64,000 nucleotides of DNA from Chrysemys picta bellii. Lineage: Eukaryota. Under the pieces are notes generated by a model. That model saw only the letters and a program-made list of their open reading frames with translations, ran no database searches and had not been told where the DNA came from. The stretch covers positions 201,066,001 through 201,130,000 of the forward strand of contig NC_088793.1 of assembly GCF_011386835.1 (NCBI RefSeq), written 5' to 3'. Positions 1-11,143 of this stretch are shown in pieces. How positions within the stretch are numbered: the stretch's first letter is position 1; each line of letters opens with the position of its first letter. Position numbers and translations under genes: made by a program.

Positions 1-700
1 GAATTGTAGCTTCATGTCTCAGCTCTGCCACAGGCTTCCCAGGTGATCTTGAACAAGTCACTTAGGCCTGGATCCAGCAAAGCATTTAAGCATGTGCCTT
101 ATTTCGAACATGTGCATAGCTCCATTTGCTTCAGTGGAAGAACTCACATGCTCAAAGTCAAGCATAGGCTTAACAGCTTCTCTGGGTCAGGGACTAAATC
201 TTTGTCTCCATTTTCCATGCAAGAAATTTTCTTCCCCCATTTGTCCATCTTACCTATTTCAATTTCCCTCTCTTCAGGCTGAGGACTATCTTTTTTTTAC
301 TATGTGTTTGTGCAAAAGGAGCCTGCTGTGATTTGGGACCTGTGGGTACTACTGTAATATAAGTAATAACTATCAATATGTAGCAGTCTACAAAAGACTG
401 TTCCGGATTCTCCTTTGGGCAGCTCTCACATGGCTTGCTGGGATCTAGGGAAGTACTTGCTACAGCCTCTCCACTTCTTTAACATGGACCCTTTAGCTTT
501 GGCTGACATTTTAGCCTAGGGATTTTTGTTCTGAATTCTCGCACTCCGCTGTAGCAGCCCAATGCAGTGACAGAATCTGGGTCTTCAGCTATGTTCACTC
601 TAGCAGGGTCGCCCTTCAAAACGTCAGAAGGCTCTTTCTCAGTGAGGGATCTTTTGTGCTAGAACTCATTTCCTTTGCCCAATGAAATTAGCTTCTGAGC

Positions 701-975
701 ACCGTCATTGCCAGGAGGCGTTGGAGATGGATCGGTCAAGTGCTTCGGATGGAAACTGATTCCATCACCAGAGTAGCAATAAGATGGACACCTGAAGGCA
801 AGTGAAAACGAGGCCGCCTGAAAACAACATGGCGAAGAGCTGTGGAAGTCGATCTGAAAAACCTGGGGCACAGCTGGGGAACCATTGAAAGACTTGCCTG
901 AAACAGACAGGAGTGGAGGAGCTTCGTTGCTGCCCTAAACGCCAGAGGGGTAATGGGAACATGATGATCATGAAT
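701..975 (+). mobile_element. RTE-clade LINE 3' fragment (ORF2 C-terminus, decayed)
   Basis: The frame from 701 reads TVIARRRWRWIGQVLRMETDSITRVAIRWTPEGK*KRGRLKTTWRRAVEVDLKNLGHSWGTIERLA*NRQEWRSFVAAL. This is the RWxGHVxR...GxRxRGRP..W...DRxxWR signature of RTE ORF2 ends. It has two in-frame stops (first TGA at 803) and a TGATGA-type tail. Confidence 0.85.
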
Positions 976-1289
976 TTCCTTTAGCTCAGAGATCTCAAGC
1001 TCTGGAAGTTGAGTCATCCATTTCCATTGGGTTATAGTAGCATAAGCACGGGGCGGGGGAGGGGGAACCATGTTTTAAACAAGGCACTTGGTCACCCTGG
1101 TTTGCTCCACACTTCAGTCCTTTAACAGGATTATTTTATGACTAGGTAATTGGTTGGGAGTGTATGGTAAATACTGGTTTAAGAAGATGTATTTTAGTAC
1201 ATGGGATATCATTATATCATCCATCACAATTAGCCAACAGAATTCTGAGCAACTTCAGGTGGACCTAATAAAACTAAGCAGCAGGCCAT

Positions 1290-1800
1290 GTGGCAGCAAA
1301 TGAAATTGATTGATTGTAGACAAGTGTGAGTTAGTGTATATTAGAGAGAAGAGTTTGAACTCATCAATCTCATTAACAGTCAAAACATTAACCGTAGTGC
1401 CTCAGGACAGGCACCTTGGTGCTACTGTGGACAGCTCAGTAGAACTAGTTGCTCCATGGAAAGCAGCAATCAAAGAAGATTACAAAGATATTAGGGTATA
1501 GTAAGAAAGGGATAGAGAAGATTCCTGAAAATATTACAATGACATCATATTAATTGATGGCACTCCCTCAGCTGGGAGGTCCTCTGCTCGTTATCTCCTT
1601 TCAACAAGATACGGTAGAAAGAGGGTTGAAGTTGGACATAACAGACCTTGTCCTGGCTCGGTGCACAGGCTTGAATCTTCCCTACATTCTGTACCACATG
1701 GGCTTTGGCCAGTTGAGCGGTACAAGAAGACCAAGACATTTGGAGAGAGATTAAAAAGATTTTTGGCTATTTGGGTTGGAGGGAAGATGGTTAAGTGGGG
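1290..1800 (+). mobile_element. Old CR1 LINE ORF2 fragment
   Basis: The ORF at 1310-1501 (VDKCELVYI...QDRHLGATVDSS) resembles the CR1 FNxxKCKVMH...ERDLGVxVD region. Downstream FGERLKRFL resembles CR1 YEERLKRLGL. Heavily frameshifted. Confidence 0.6.
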
Positions 1801-2413
1801 AGCTCATAGCGATGTACCAACTAATGAATGTTGTGCTCCAGGGAGTCTTGCCTGGTGTAATAGCACCTAGGAGGCTATTATTATCTGGTATAAGTTAGGA
1901 TAGCCTCACAGTTGCTCTAACCTATGCCTGAGGCCAAACTGGCCTCTGGTAGCCCAAGGAATTAGGGGTACACAAAGGTGTCAGACACCTTTACACCTCA
2001 CCCCCCACACATACTTAGGCTTTGCACAAGATCAGAGAATTGGGCTCAGCATATATAGGCACTGATTCAGTAAAGCACTTCAGCACATTAACATTAAGCA
2101 AGTGCTTTGCTAAATCAAGACCAGTAGTACGTCTGATCTAAGGAGCTCAAAGAGCAGTGGGAGTGATTTCAATGGGAGTTTTCCATTAGCTTTAATTGGA
2201 GTTGGATTGGACCTTTAACGATCATTTATTTTCAAAACATTCCTGTGCAAATATTCCTTCCTCTTTCAAACTTGGCAAAAATGTTTCTACTTGGGTGTCC
2301 AGGCAATTCTGGAAAACAGGTCACACCTTTAGATAACGAAGACCAGATCTACATTAGAATCTTTTATGGGTATAGTAATGTTGGTTAGGCTGTTGGTGTG
2401 ATTACTTTTTAAT

Positions 2414-3512
2414 ATATGCAGTGTTGTTGTAGCCGTGCCGGTCCCAGGATATTAGAGAGACAAAGTGGGTGAGGTAATATCTTTTATTGGACCAATTTCT
2501 GTTTTGTGAGAGAGACGAGCTTACACAGAGCTCGTCAGGTCTGGAAAAGGTACTCAGAGGGTCACAGCTAAATACAAGGTGGACCAGATTGTTTAGCATA
2601 AGTAGTTAACATGTATTTCTAGGGATTATTCAAGGTGAAGCGGCTCATTAACACCCCTCTACTCATAGGTGGGAAAGAACAAAATTTTTTTTTCCTGAAC
2701 CCGCCCTCTTCTGGCCTTCAAACAAACCCCCAACCTCTCAAAGCTCATCATCAGAAGCAAGCTCCCCACACATCAGGACACCAACTCAAAGCGGCACCAG
2801 ACCCTGCCAAAACAGATGCAAAACCTGCAGATGTACCTTCACTGCTACAATGATCAACACTCCCCTCCCCCGCCATACACTTTTCAAAATCCCTGGGTCC
2901 TATAAATGCCTGTCACAACATGTGGTGTGCCTCATCCAGTGCCCTAAATGCCCCAATCACACTTACTGTGTGCAACCACACAAGCACTACTCTCTTGAAT
3001 GAACTTACACAGGAAAATGATTAAAAAAAAAAAAACAAAAAAAAACAAAACACCCTATCACCTGGGGGTGAACACTTTTCACAAAGTGATCACTCTCTCT
3101 CTGACCTGTCAGTCCTCCTCCTCACAGGAAACTTGAGCAACACTTTCAATGGCAGCTTAAATTCATAGCTCTGCTAGACACTTAAAAATCATGGACTGAC
3201 ACTGGATTTATCGCTTATTACAACAATCTATAACCCATAAAAACCTCGTGCCCCTCCCCCAGCTGCCTTTCCCTCCCCTTCCTTTCCCACCTATAGCTGG
3301 AGGGGTGTTAATGGGCCACTTCCCCTTAAATGGGCCCTTGAAATACATGTTATCTACTTAAGCTAAACTATCTCTTCCACCTTGTATTTAGCTGTGACAC
3401 TGCATTTCCCAGACCTGAAGAAGAGCTCTGTGTCAGTTCGAAAGCTTGTGTCTCTCTCATCAACAGAGGTTGGTCCAGGGTAAGATATTATCTCACGCAG
3501 CTTGTCTCTCTA
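2414..3512. mobile_element. Penelope-like element (family B): minus-strand terminal repeat (2414-~2670) plus inverted plus-strand body with GIY-YIG endonuclease remnant and terminal repeat
   Basis: 2700-3235 (+), with frameshifts, gives PCQNRCKTC...GSYKCLSQHVVCLIQCPKCP...GEHFSQSDHSLSDLSVL...LKFIALLDT, the PLE GIY-YIG C-terminal region. 3330-3512 is the reverse complement of 2453-2650. Confidence 0.85.
3411..3451 (+). ncRNA. Minimal type I hammerhead-ribozyme motif in Penelope terminal repeat (family B; stem I disrupted by a GT insertion)
   Basis: AGAC-CTGAAGA-A-GAGC(TCTGTGTCA)GTTC-GAAA-GC-TT-GT[GT]CT: core boxes, a 4-bp stem II and a palindromic AAGCTT at stem III. Confidence 0.6.
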
Positions 3513-3544
3513 TTTTTAATGACTGTTTTATATTGCTAAAAACC

Positions 3545-3740
3545 CTAGTACAGATGCAGTTATATTGGCAAAAATCCTTTTGCTGGTATAGCTTATTGCA
3601 TTTGGGGAACTGCTATAAGCTATACCAGTAAAAACACTCTTTTGCCCATGTCAGTTGTGTCTACACTAGCAGGGTTTGCCGGTATAGCTGTACTAGCAGA
3701 GGTATCTTGGCAAACCTTTTCGATATAGACTAGGTCTAAA
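3545..3740. mobile_element. Degenerate PIF/Harbinger-like MITE (GTCTACAC/GTGTAGAC terminal type)
   Basis: Contains internal GTCTACACTAG and ends in ATATAGACTAGGTC. Internal GCTGGTATAGC/GCTATACCAG is an inverted repeat. Confidence 0.45.
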
Positions 3741-4074
3741 TGTGGATGAAGGTATCTTACTTTAGACAAAGAAGGGCCAATCCCCAGCTGGTGACAATTG
3801 GTGTAGCTCGTTTGCAGTCAATGGAGTTACTCCAGTTTACACTAGCTGATTAACTGGCCCCTACCAAGTTTGAGTAGGTCAGCATACGTGATTCACCAAA
3901 GGTTAAACCACTAGTTAGTGGCAAAATTAAGAATTGAACCTAAGCATCCTTGTTCCCAGTCCCCTACTTTAATCACTACGTAAGTCTCTCAATAGAGGCC
4001 ACATTGTGGTCCCTTGGTGTCTCACCCATGTTTCCAAGTGAGCTACCAGAACTCTGAAATGAGAGCACCATCTC

Positions 4075-4284
4075 TAGAGCCCTGCACAGATATAAAAGTT
4101 ATATCTGTATCCGATCCGCAAACATGGTCCGTGGATATCCGCAGATATAAAGCGGATCTGATATAAAGTGGATATCCGCAGATTTGCAGGGCTCTAGATA
4201 TCAAATTTGGATCCTCATCCATCCACGATCCATAAATGTGGTCTGTGGATATAAAGCGGATATCTGCAGATTTGCAGGACTCTA
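4075..4284. mobile_element. hAT-type MITE with internally duplicated right end
   Basis: TIRs TAGAGCCCTGCA...TGCAGGACTCTA. Perfect 8-bp TSD ACCATCTC at 4067-4074 and 4285-4292. An extra right TIR TGCAGGGCTCTA lies at 4185-4196. Confidence 0.85.
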
Positions 4285-4294
4285 ACCATCTCAT

Positions 4295-4432
4295 CAGGAG
4301 CGCCACCAGCTGTTTTGCCGCCCTAGGCGGCGGCAGGTCCCGCCCCCGAAATGCCGCCGCCGACCAGGGCAGCCGAAGATCCGGCCACCGCAGTCGCCGC
4401 CCCTCAAATGTTAATGGGTTGTGCCGGCCCTG
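4295..4432. mobile_element. hAT (Tip100-like, CAGGGCCGGC terminus family) MITE
   Basis: Right end is GCCGGCCCTG and the left end CAGGAGCGCC is degenerate. Perfect 8-bp TSD CATCTCAT at 4287-4294 and 4433-4440. Confidence 0.8.
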
Positions 4433-5694
4433 CATCTCATGCTTCCTAATAGGTGTCTTCACGCAATATGCCCTCTAATGTAGTTGAGTATGGGGAACTG
4501 GTGAGAGAAACTCTGCCCTGATGTACATTTTTGCAACCTAAGTTTGCCCTGACTGAGGGCAATTTTTTGTCCCGAATACATAAATAGATTAGACAACATG
4601 TGTGTTTTATAAGAACACTACTACTGGCTTTCAGCATGTTTTATTTAATGAGAGTTAACATGATCTATGATAATTGTTTGTGCAGTTATGAGTCTTTGTT
4701 GATGTAAGCGCGTAGCCATGAACCCCTTTGTAGCACATGGTTTTAATTTTTTCTTTGTTACTTGCGTGAACTGACGCTCTTGGCCAAATAAAATATTTTT
4801 AAAAATGGATTGATTAATGAACATTCCCTGATTTACAACAAGACTGATTTGTAGCGAATTAATGAAGAATGACATTTACCCTACATGACTGACTTAGGTT
4901 TTTGTTTCTGGTAGCTTGCTACTGTGACAGGTGATAGAAGATAGCAAAAACATTGCACTGAAAAAGCAAGGCAAAATTCCAGATTTGTTCCGCAGGAATC
5001 CAGGAATGGGAATACATTTACTACGTACTATTTTATTTGTGCAGCCCTGACTTTCAGATTACTACAGTATGTAGGAGTAATCTGCTCTGGAAACAGTCAT
5101 TCTAATACTCTTGATACTATTTATTTTGGAGTGTGTCACTAAAGTCGATGAATTGCATCTGGCTTTTAAAGAAATCTCCCTATCTCAGGTGTTCTTCCCT
5201 AAATGATCTCTTAGTAAGCTGGCACTGCCAGTGCGTGTGCATGCGTGTGTCTTCATTTAAGCTGTGGGGGCGGGAAGGAGGGGATTGGGTTGAATGATCT
5301 TCAGAAAACGAATGTATGCTGCATGTGGCAACAACAGGACAAATAATATGCTAATAGTTTTCTGGCGTGCGCCCTCTGCAGACATGACATTTGTGGAAAT
5401 GTAATTAAATTAATAAACATGAATTTTATAGTAGTAAGGCCAGCAAAAATACAAAACAAACCACAATTAAAAAAAAATTAAGGAAACCATCAAATAAGAC
5501 CAGCTGGAGTAAGCTGAGGCTGAGTAACCAAGTAATTATTAATCACACATTAGTTTCTGTTGCACTATTCAATATGTAAGAATCTTAGCAGTTTATGAAA
5601 ACTGTGTTGTTATGAACCTTGTTTTTAACAGAGATTGAGATTTTTCTTTATTTGTATGGGGGTGAATTCCGTGCATGTAAGTGGTAACAAATTA

Positions 5695-6048
5695 GAAACC
5701 CTTTGTGCACCAAGAACGGTTAGCACAAGTAGTGCAAACTCCCTCCACGTACCACTTTGTTAATGTGTGTCAACCTTGATCTGGAAAAAGCACCTCACTC
5801 TCAGCCTACCACCATTCATATTCTCTACAGACTGCCCATCAGGGTGCAAATGAGAGCAGATGATTGCTTTTGTGATGCTTGCACTTGTCCACTAAGAGCT
5901 GGACTGACACAGCATTTCACATGAGCTGCTGAACACCTGCCAGATAGCAAAGATTTTCTGTCACTAACAGTTGGGTTGGATTCAAACCAGTGACCTAGAG
6001 CTAAAAAGCTTTGCAGGCCATTATCAATTCCTTGAGTTATATAGTCCC
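5695..6048 (-). mobile_element. LF-SINE (ancient tRNA-derived SINE), near full-length
   Basis: The minus strand reads GGGACT...GGAATTGATAATGG...CTCTAGGTCACTGGTTTGAATCCAACCCA...AGTGACAGAAA...ATGTGAAATG...CAGTCCAGCTCTTAGTGGACAAGTG...CATCACAAAA. This is collinear with the LF-SINE consensus as I recall it, and a B-box-like GTTTGAATCC is present. Confidence 0.75.
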
Positions 6049-6269
6049 AAAATGAGTTCACAGGAGTCCCCATTTAAATCTCCTCCTCCTTCCCCTTATT
6101 GAAATCTTACTAAACTACATGAACATTTTTTGGCCTGGTCTTTGGGCTAGAATTCTCACGTCACTTCTGCTCTGTCTAATGTCAACAGGTTGGAAACACC
6201 ATCAGAATCACACTTACATAATCTTGCCCTTTTGCTTCCTGTCCTATCTCAAACCAAGTAGTGTAGAAA

Positions 6270-7102
6270 CCTATGATTATATGTGTATATATCAAATTTC
6301 AATGGACATCCATACTTCAGAAGGATTTTGCACAGTGCTTCCCTGTTGATGGAGTTAAAGGCTTTGTCAGGTCAATGAATGACATATATAATGGTCTGTT
6401 TGCTACATTTTTCCTGGCGAGCAGTTAAGCTCATGTCAGTAGTGCCTCTAGACAGTCTAAATCCACATTGAGATTCAGGAGGAATGTCTTCGGAAAAGAG
6501 GAAGAAGACGACGGTTCAGGAGAAATCTGGAAGGACCTTTCCTGAAGTGGCTAGCAGAGAGATTCCTCTATAATTTCCACAGTAGGATTTATCTCTTTTC
6601 TTAAAGATCATCACAATCATAGCATCTCTAAATTAATCTGGAATTTTATCATGGTTTCAGACTTTCAAAATAAGAGTGTATAGCTGTAAGGTGATTTCTT
6701 CTCCCCCCTGCTTAGAGATTTCGGCAGGGATTCCATCAACTCCAGATGCATTGTTGCTCTTCATCTGTTTAATAGCACACTTCTTCCAGGGTTGGAGGTA
6801 TTTGAAGTTCATCTCTGATCGAGTGTTGTGGGATGAAGCTGAATACCCTGTTGTCAACAGCAGAGTCCCGATTGAGGAGATCTTCAAAATGGTCCTTCCA
6901 GCATGCAATGACAGCTTCCATTTCTTTGATCAACTCCTCTCCATCCATTGATCTCAGGGAGGTTGGCCCCCACATGCACGGGCCATAAATGGCTCTAACA
7001 GCATTAAAAAAGTCATGCAAGGAGTTGAAACTCATTTGACTTGTCCAGCCACCACCTGTTCTTCATGTTGTGAGTTCTTCTTTGAAACTCTGCCTTTGCT
7101 TG
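6270..7102 (-). mobile_element. RTE (BovB/RTE-1-like) LINE, inverted 5' segment (linker to RT motif 3)
   Basis: Minus ORFs read WKDHFEDLLNR, IKQMKSNNASGVDGIPAE and ESQCGFRLSRGTTDM...KAFNSINREAL...LKYGCP, which are RTE ORF2 motifs. The left boundary is approximate. Confidence 0.85.
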
Positions 7103-7898
7103 TGGGTGAGCTGACTTTCCCATATCTTGGAAGCCACCTCTCACAGACAGCTGACAATGACGAAAAAATTCAGTGCCAGCTCAAATGTGCTAGCTGAGCT
7201 CTTGGTTGTCTGATAAAAGACTATTTGAAGATTGCGACATCAGAATTAAAACCAAACTTATGGTTTACAAAACTGTTGTGATTCCCACCCTATTGTTGGG
7301 GGCTGAAAGGTGGACAACATATAGAAGACATCCTAAGGCTGTGGAGAAGTATCATCAACACTGTATGCATACGATTCTTCAAATTAAATGGGCTGATAGA
7401 TACACTAACATCTGCATCCTCTCGCAAGTTGATATCACGAGCATTGATGCGATGATTATCTATCAGCAACTTTGCTGTGCAGGTCTTATTGTTTTGGCAG
7501 TCTGGAATCAGGCATCCAAACAAGTTTTCTACTCTCAACTCTGCCAAGGCAAACGTGCTAGAGGAGAACTGAAAAAAATGCTACAGAGATGTCCCTAAGG
7601 CTAATCTGAGGAAATGCAACATTGACATCAACTCGTGGGACTGTGTAGTCCAGGACCGACAACAATGGAAGAACTGCTTGAGGTGGGGAACTGAGCACTT
7701 TGAGAACCAGATGTGATTACATGTAATGGAAAAATGGGAGCGACAGAGCGCACCATGGCTCAAACCAACATCACAGGTTCACCCACCCTGCTCGGAAATA
7801 TGTGTCTGCAATGTGGCAGAGTATGTGGCTCTTGAGAATAAGCTTGGTCTTCAGCGGACTCATGGAAACTTGAAATGGACAATCCATGAAAGACAATC
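7103..7898 (+). mobile_element. RTE LINE 3' segment (YLGS motif to C-terminal zinc-finger remnant)
   Basis: FPYLGSHLS...KRLFEDCDIRIKTKLMVYKTVVIPTLLLGAERWT (ORF 7206-7598), with CLQCGRVCGS near 7802. Confidence 0.9.
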
Positions 7899-8050
7899 CT
7901 AGAATATCAGGGTTGGAAGGGACTTCAGCAGGTCATCTAGTCCAACCCCCTGCTCAAAGCAGGACCAATCCCCAGACAGATTTTTGCCCCAGATCGCTAA
8001 ATGGCCCCCTCAAGGTTTGAACACTCAACCCTGGGTTTAGCAAGCTAATG
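7899..8050 (-). mobile_element. Turtle PolIII/CR1-tail SINE, 5'-truncated
   Basis: The plus strand shows TAGAATATCAGGGTTGGAAGGGAC...CTAGTCCAACCCCCTGCTCAAAGCAGGACC (reverse complement of a CR1 3' end), followed by a tRNA-like segment homologous to 42000-42070. Confidence 0.85.
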
Positions 8051-10081
8051 CGCGCATATATATATTAAAAACCAAGGTTTTGAACCTTACAGAATGTTCA
8101 GACTGAGACAGGGCCTGAAGTTAGGTCTGAAACGGTTCCCCTAGCATCAGTCTGTAATAGACTTAATCAAAAGGGGCTTGATTGTGCTACTTAAGCACAG
8201 CCTCTTAGTGGGGCGAGGTGCAGAACTGCATTACTTTATGGGGAATACCAGCAGGCTCCAGAACACCTGCTGAAGTTCCTGGCACATTGAAGCTGCAAGT
8301 GCTCTTGTATAGCTCACTCTCCCCTTGCATGGCCAGCCTGCTTTGCTGGCTTGTGTGCAGGGAGAACGTGGAGCAACAGCCCCGCCCCTTTGGGGTACCA
8401 AATGATCCCATGAGGAAGGCTGCAGTTCTGCCTAGCTTTTATGCAGACCAGGTGTCGGGAAGAGCGATTCCCTGTATGGTTTAATGCAGAGGTGTCAAAC
8501 ACAATTGGTGGAGTGGGCCAAATTCCATGTTTACTGATAGTCCATGGCCCAGGGTCTACATGTAGGACTCCATATTCCCCATCTGCCCCATACATGAGCA
8601 GAACCTCCATTGGTGTCAATGGGAGGTTTGTACAAAGATCAACGGTACAGTCTAGCCTTTATTTAGTAAGTAATATTTTAGGTGGTGGTGGTATTTTTTC
8701 ACTACTTAGTGCTGCATTGATAATCACTCAAATATGCTTCCCTTTAGGATTATTTTTATTTCTGGCTCTTGGTACTATAACAATAGGATATGGGGAAGAA
8801 CACTTTGTATGGCGCAGATGAAGAGCGAAAAGAGGATCGATGCTTGGGTATGTATTCAGTATGTTAAATCTAAAATTAGAGATGAACCCACATCACAAAA
8901 ACCAGTTCTGGGTTTCAAATACCCAGAAAGTCTGCTGGTGTTCAGACTTGGCGGGTTGGTTTGGCCCATTATAAAGATGGGTTCCATTTGCAATACTTGG
9001 ATCTGGAACCAGGTTCAGATTTGTGCTCTTGACCTGATGATTGTCCCTCAACAACCAGGCATCAATTTTACCATGAAATAATTTAGGTCAATGGCACAGA
9101 GCCAGGACTGAGAACTGTAGCTCAGTCTGCCAAATTCTGTGTTCCAAAACGGAAAATACTCAAGGAAAAGGTCATCGTTTCCCAGCACAAGGCAAGTAAT
9201 CCAGGCCTAACCGGTGCTATGATGAATAATAATAATACGACTAAGTTCATGCTATAAACCAAGTCATCACAAATGTAGTCCCAGCAATGGAGCTGAGCTA
9301 CAAATGGAAAAAAGCATGGAAATTCCAATAGAAGCCAGGCGAAAAAACTTTAAAAATTCAGCCTGTGGCATTAAAAGAGAGAATCCTTGTGGAAGGCCTG
9401 ACCTGGCAGAGTCCTTAAGAATGTGTATAACTTTAGGGATGCGAATAGTGCCAATGTAGTGAATGGGACTACTCGTGCTTAAAGTTACACGTGGGCTCGT
9501 ATGATTTGCTGATTGGGGCCTAATTTTATCGGCGCAGTGTTACACTGCGCCGTGCTTGTCGTTAAAGGGCTTGTGATTGGCCATAAGCCAAAGCCCATGG
9601 CTGGGGGCAGTGTACAGCTGCTCCTCCCCAATGGGAGTTCCTGATACTGCTGGGCCACCCTTGATCAAGGGGCAGAGTGTACTTTACCTACTGGCTACAG
9701 CCAAAGAGGATCAAAGCTATGGTCTTATCTCCACTCTTCTGGAGAGTAGAGAGATGGCAGCAGTGCTAGACTCACTGTAGCACAAAAGCTAGGATTCCTC
9801 CAGCCACTGCTCCAGGATGCAAGTGCGAGCGGAATTCTTTTCCCCCCTGCCCCTCTTCCCATTGACTAAACCCACCCATGACCCAGAGGTTTAATTGTGG
9901 CTTAAGTCCTCAGCCTCTAGCGCACAAGTGCATTGGAATGGAAATTCTGAAGTGGTGTGCTTCAGGTGGACAAAATGGGCCTGATCCATTATTGCTTTAC
10001 TCCAGTTTTATGCCACTGATGAGTTACTCTGGATTAACCCTGGATGAACCCAATGATGAATCAGGCCCAGTGTCTCTAGGT

Positions 10082-10727
10082 TGGGGGGGGGGAGGGGGCA
10101 AACTATGGCCCGGGGGCCACATCTGGCCCTCCAGACATTTTAATCTGGAAGCATACAGATCCTGGAAGCAGCGGCATGTCCCCCCTCTGGCTCCTATGCA
10201 TAGGGGCAGCCAGGAGGCTCCACACACTGCCCCTGCCCCAAGTGCTGCCCTCACAGCTCCCATTGGCGAGGAACTGCGGCCAATGGGAGCTGCAGGGAGG
10301 CACCTGCGGACAAGGCAGCGTGCAGATCTGCCTGGCTGCGCCTCTGCGTAGGAGCCGGAGTGGGGACATGCCGCTGCTTCTGGGAGCTGCTTGAGGTAAG
10401 CGCCGCCCGAAGCCTGTAGCCCTGACCCCTTCCTGCGCCCCAATCCCCTGCCCCAGCCCTGATCCCTCTCCCCCCTCCGAACCCCTCAGTCCCAGCCCCA
10501 CCCCAGAGCCCGCACCCCCAGCTAGAGCCCTCACCCTGCCCCCCGCACCCCATCCCCTGCCCTAGGCCGGAGCCTCCTCCTGTACCCTAAACTCCTCATT
10601 TCTGGCCCCGCCCCAGAGCCCTTACCCCCTCCCGCACCCTAACCCCCAATTTTGTGAGCATTCATGGCCCGCTATATAATTTCCATACCCAGATGTGGCC
10701 CTCGGGCCAAAAAGATTTCCCACCCTG
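10082..10727. mobile_element. hAT-Charlie-like non-autonomous element
   Basis: GGGCAAACTATGGCCCG...CCCACCCTG termini. Perfect 8-bp TSD CTCTAGGT at 10074-10081 and 10728-10735, matching the NTCTAGAN target preference of Charlie elements. Confidence 0.85.
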
Positions 10728-10992
10728 CTCTAGGTGCTCTGCTAGCCTTTCACAGGGTGCCACCAATACATTCCCCCTCATAGCACCAGCACCGTTGGCT
10801 GGTGAGTATTATGGCCCCACTGAGGAACTTGGCATTAGCAATGGTACTGGCCTGAAGCATCCCTAGCACTCATGGGAACACAGCAGCTGACACTGTGCTC
10901 AGCCCATACACAACTGCAGAATGTGGGGAAGGCGCCTCGTACCCTAACCCTCATCTTGCACACCCACATATGGCTTTAGAAAGGTGGTCAGA

Positions 10993-11143
10993 ATTATTAT
11001 CCCCCTTTTATAGATGGGAAAACTGAGACACGACGAGGTGAGTGACTTGCCCAAGGTTACCTAGTGGGCTAGTGGCAGAGTTGGGAATAGAACCAAGTGG
11101 CCTGGGTCCCAGTCCAGTGCTTTATATGCAGTGCAGCACTGCC
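10993..11143 (-). mobile_element. CORE-SINE (MIR-like)
   Basis: The reverse complement of the CORE block is present: GATGGGAAAACTGAG...GTGACTTGCCCAAGGTTAC...GGCAGAGTTGGGAATAGAAC. Confidence 0.8.

Noticed and set aside
2406-3520. TTTTTAAT as TSD of the family B Penelope element
   Set aside because: The sequence is low complexity, and the left copy overlaps sequence (AATRTATGCAG) also present at the terminus of the 58252 copy, so it may belong to the element.
4100-4280. CRISPR-like or satellite array of short GGATATCCGCAG repeats
   Set aside because: These are irregular subterminal repeats inside a TIR/TSD-bounded MITE in a vertebrate genome, with no unique spacers and no cas genes.
9878-10553. 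Overlapping 100-157-aa ORFs on both strands
   Set aside because: They lie in the GC-rich interior of the TSD-bounded hAT element (10082-10727) and are low-complexity and stop-poor. The same applies to ORFs at 30949-31550 (LTR), 37049-37398, 42483-42991 and 49128-49704.
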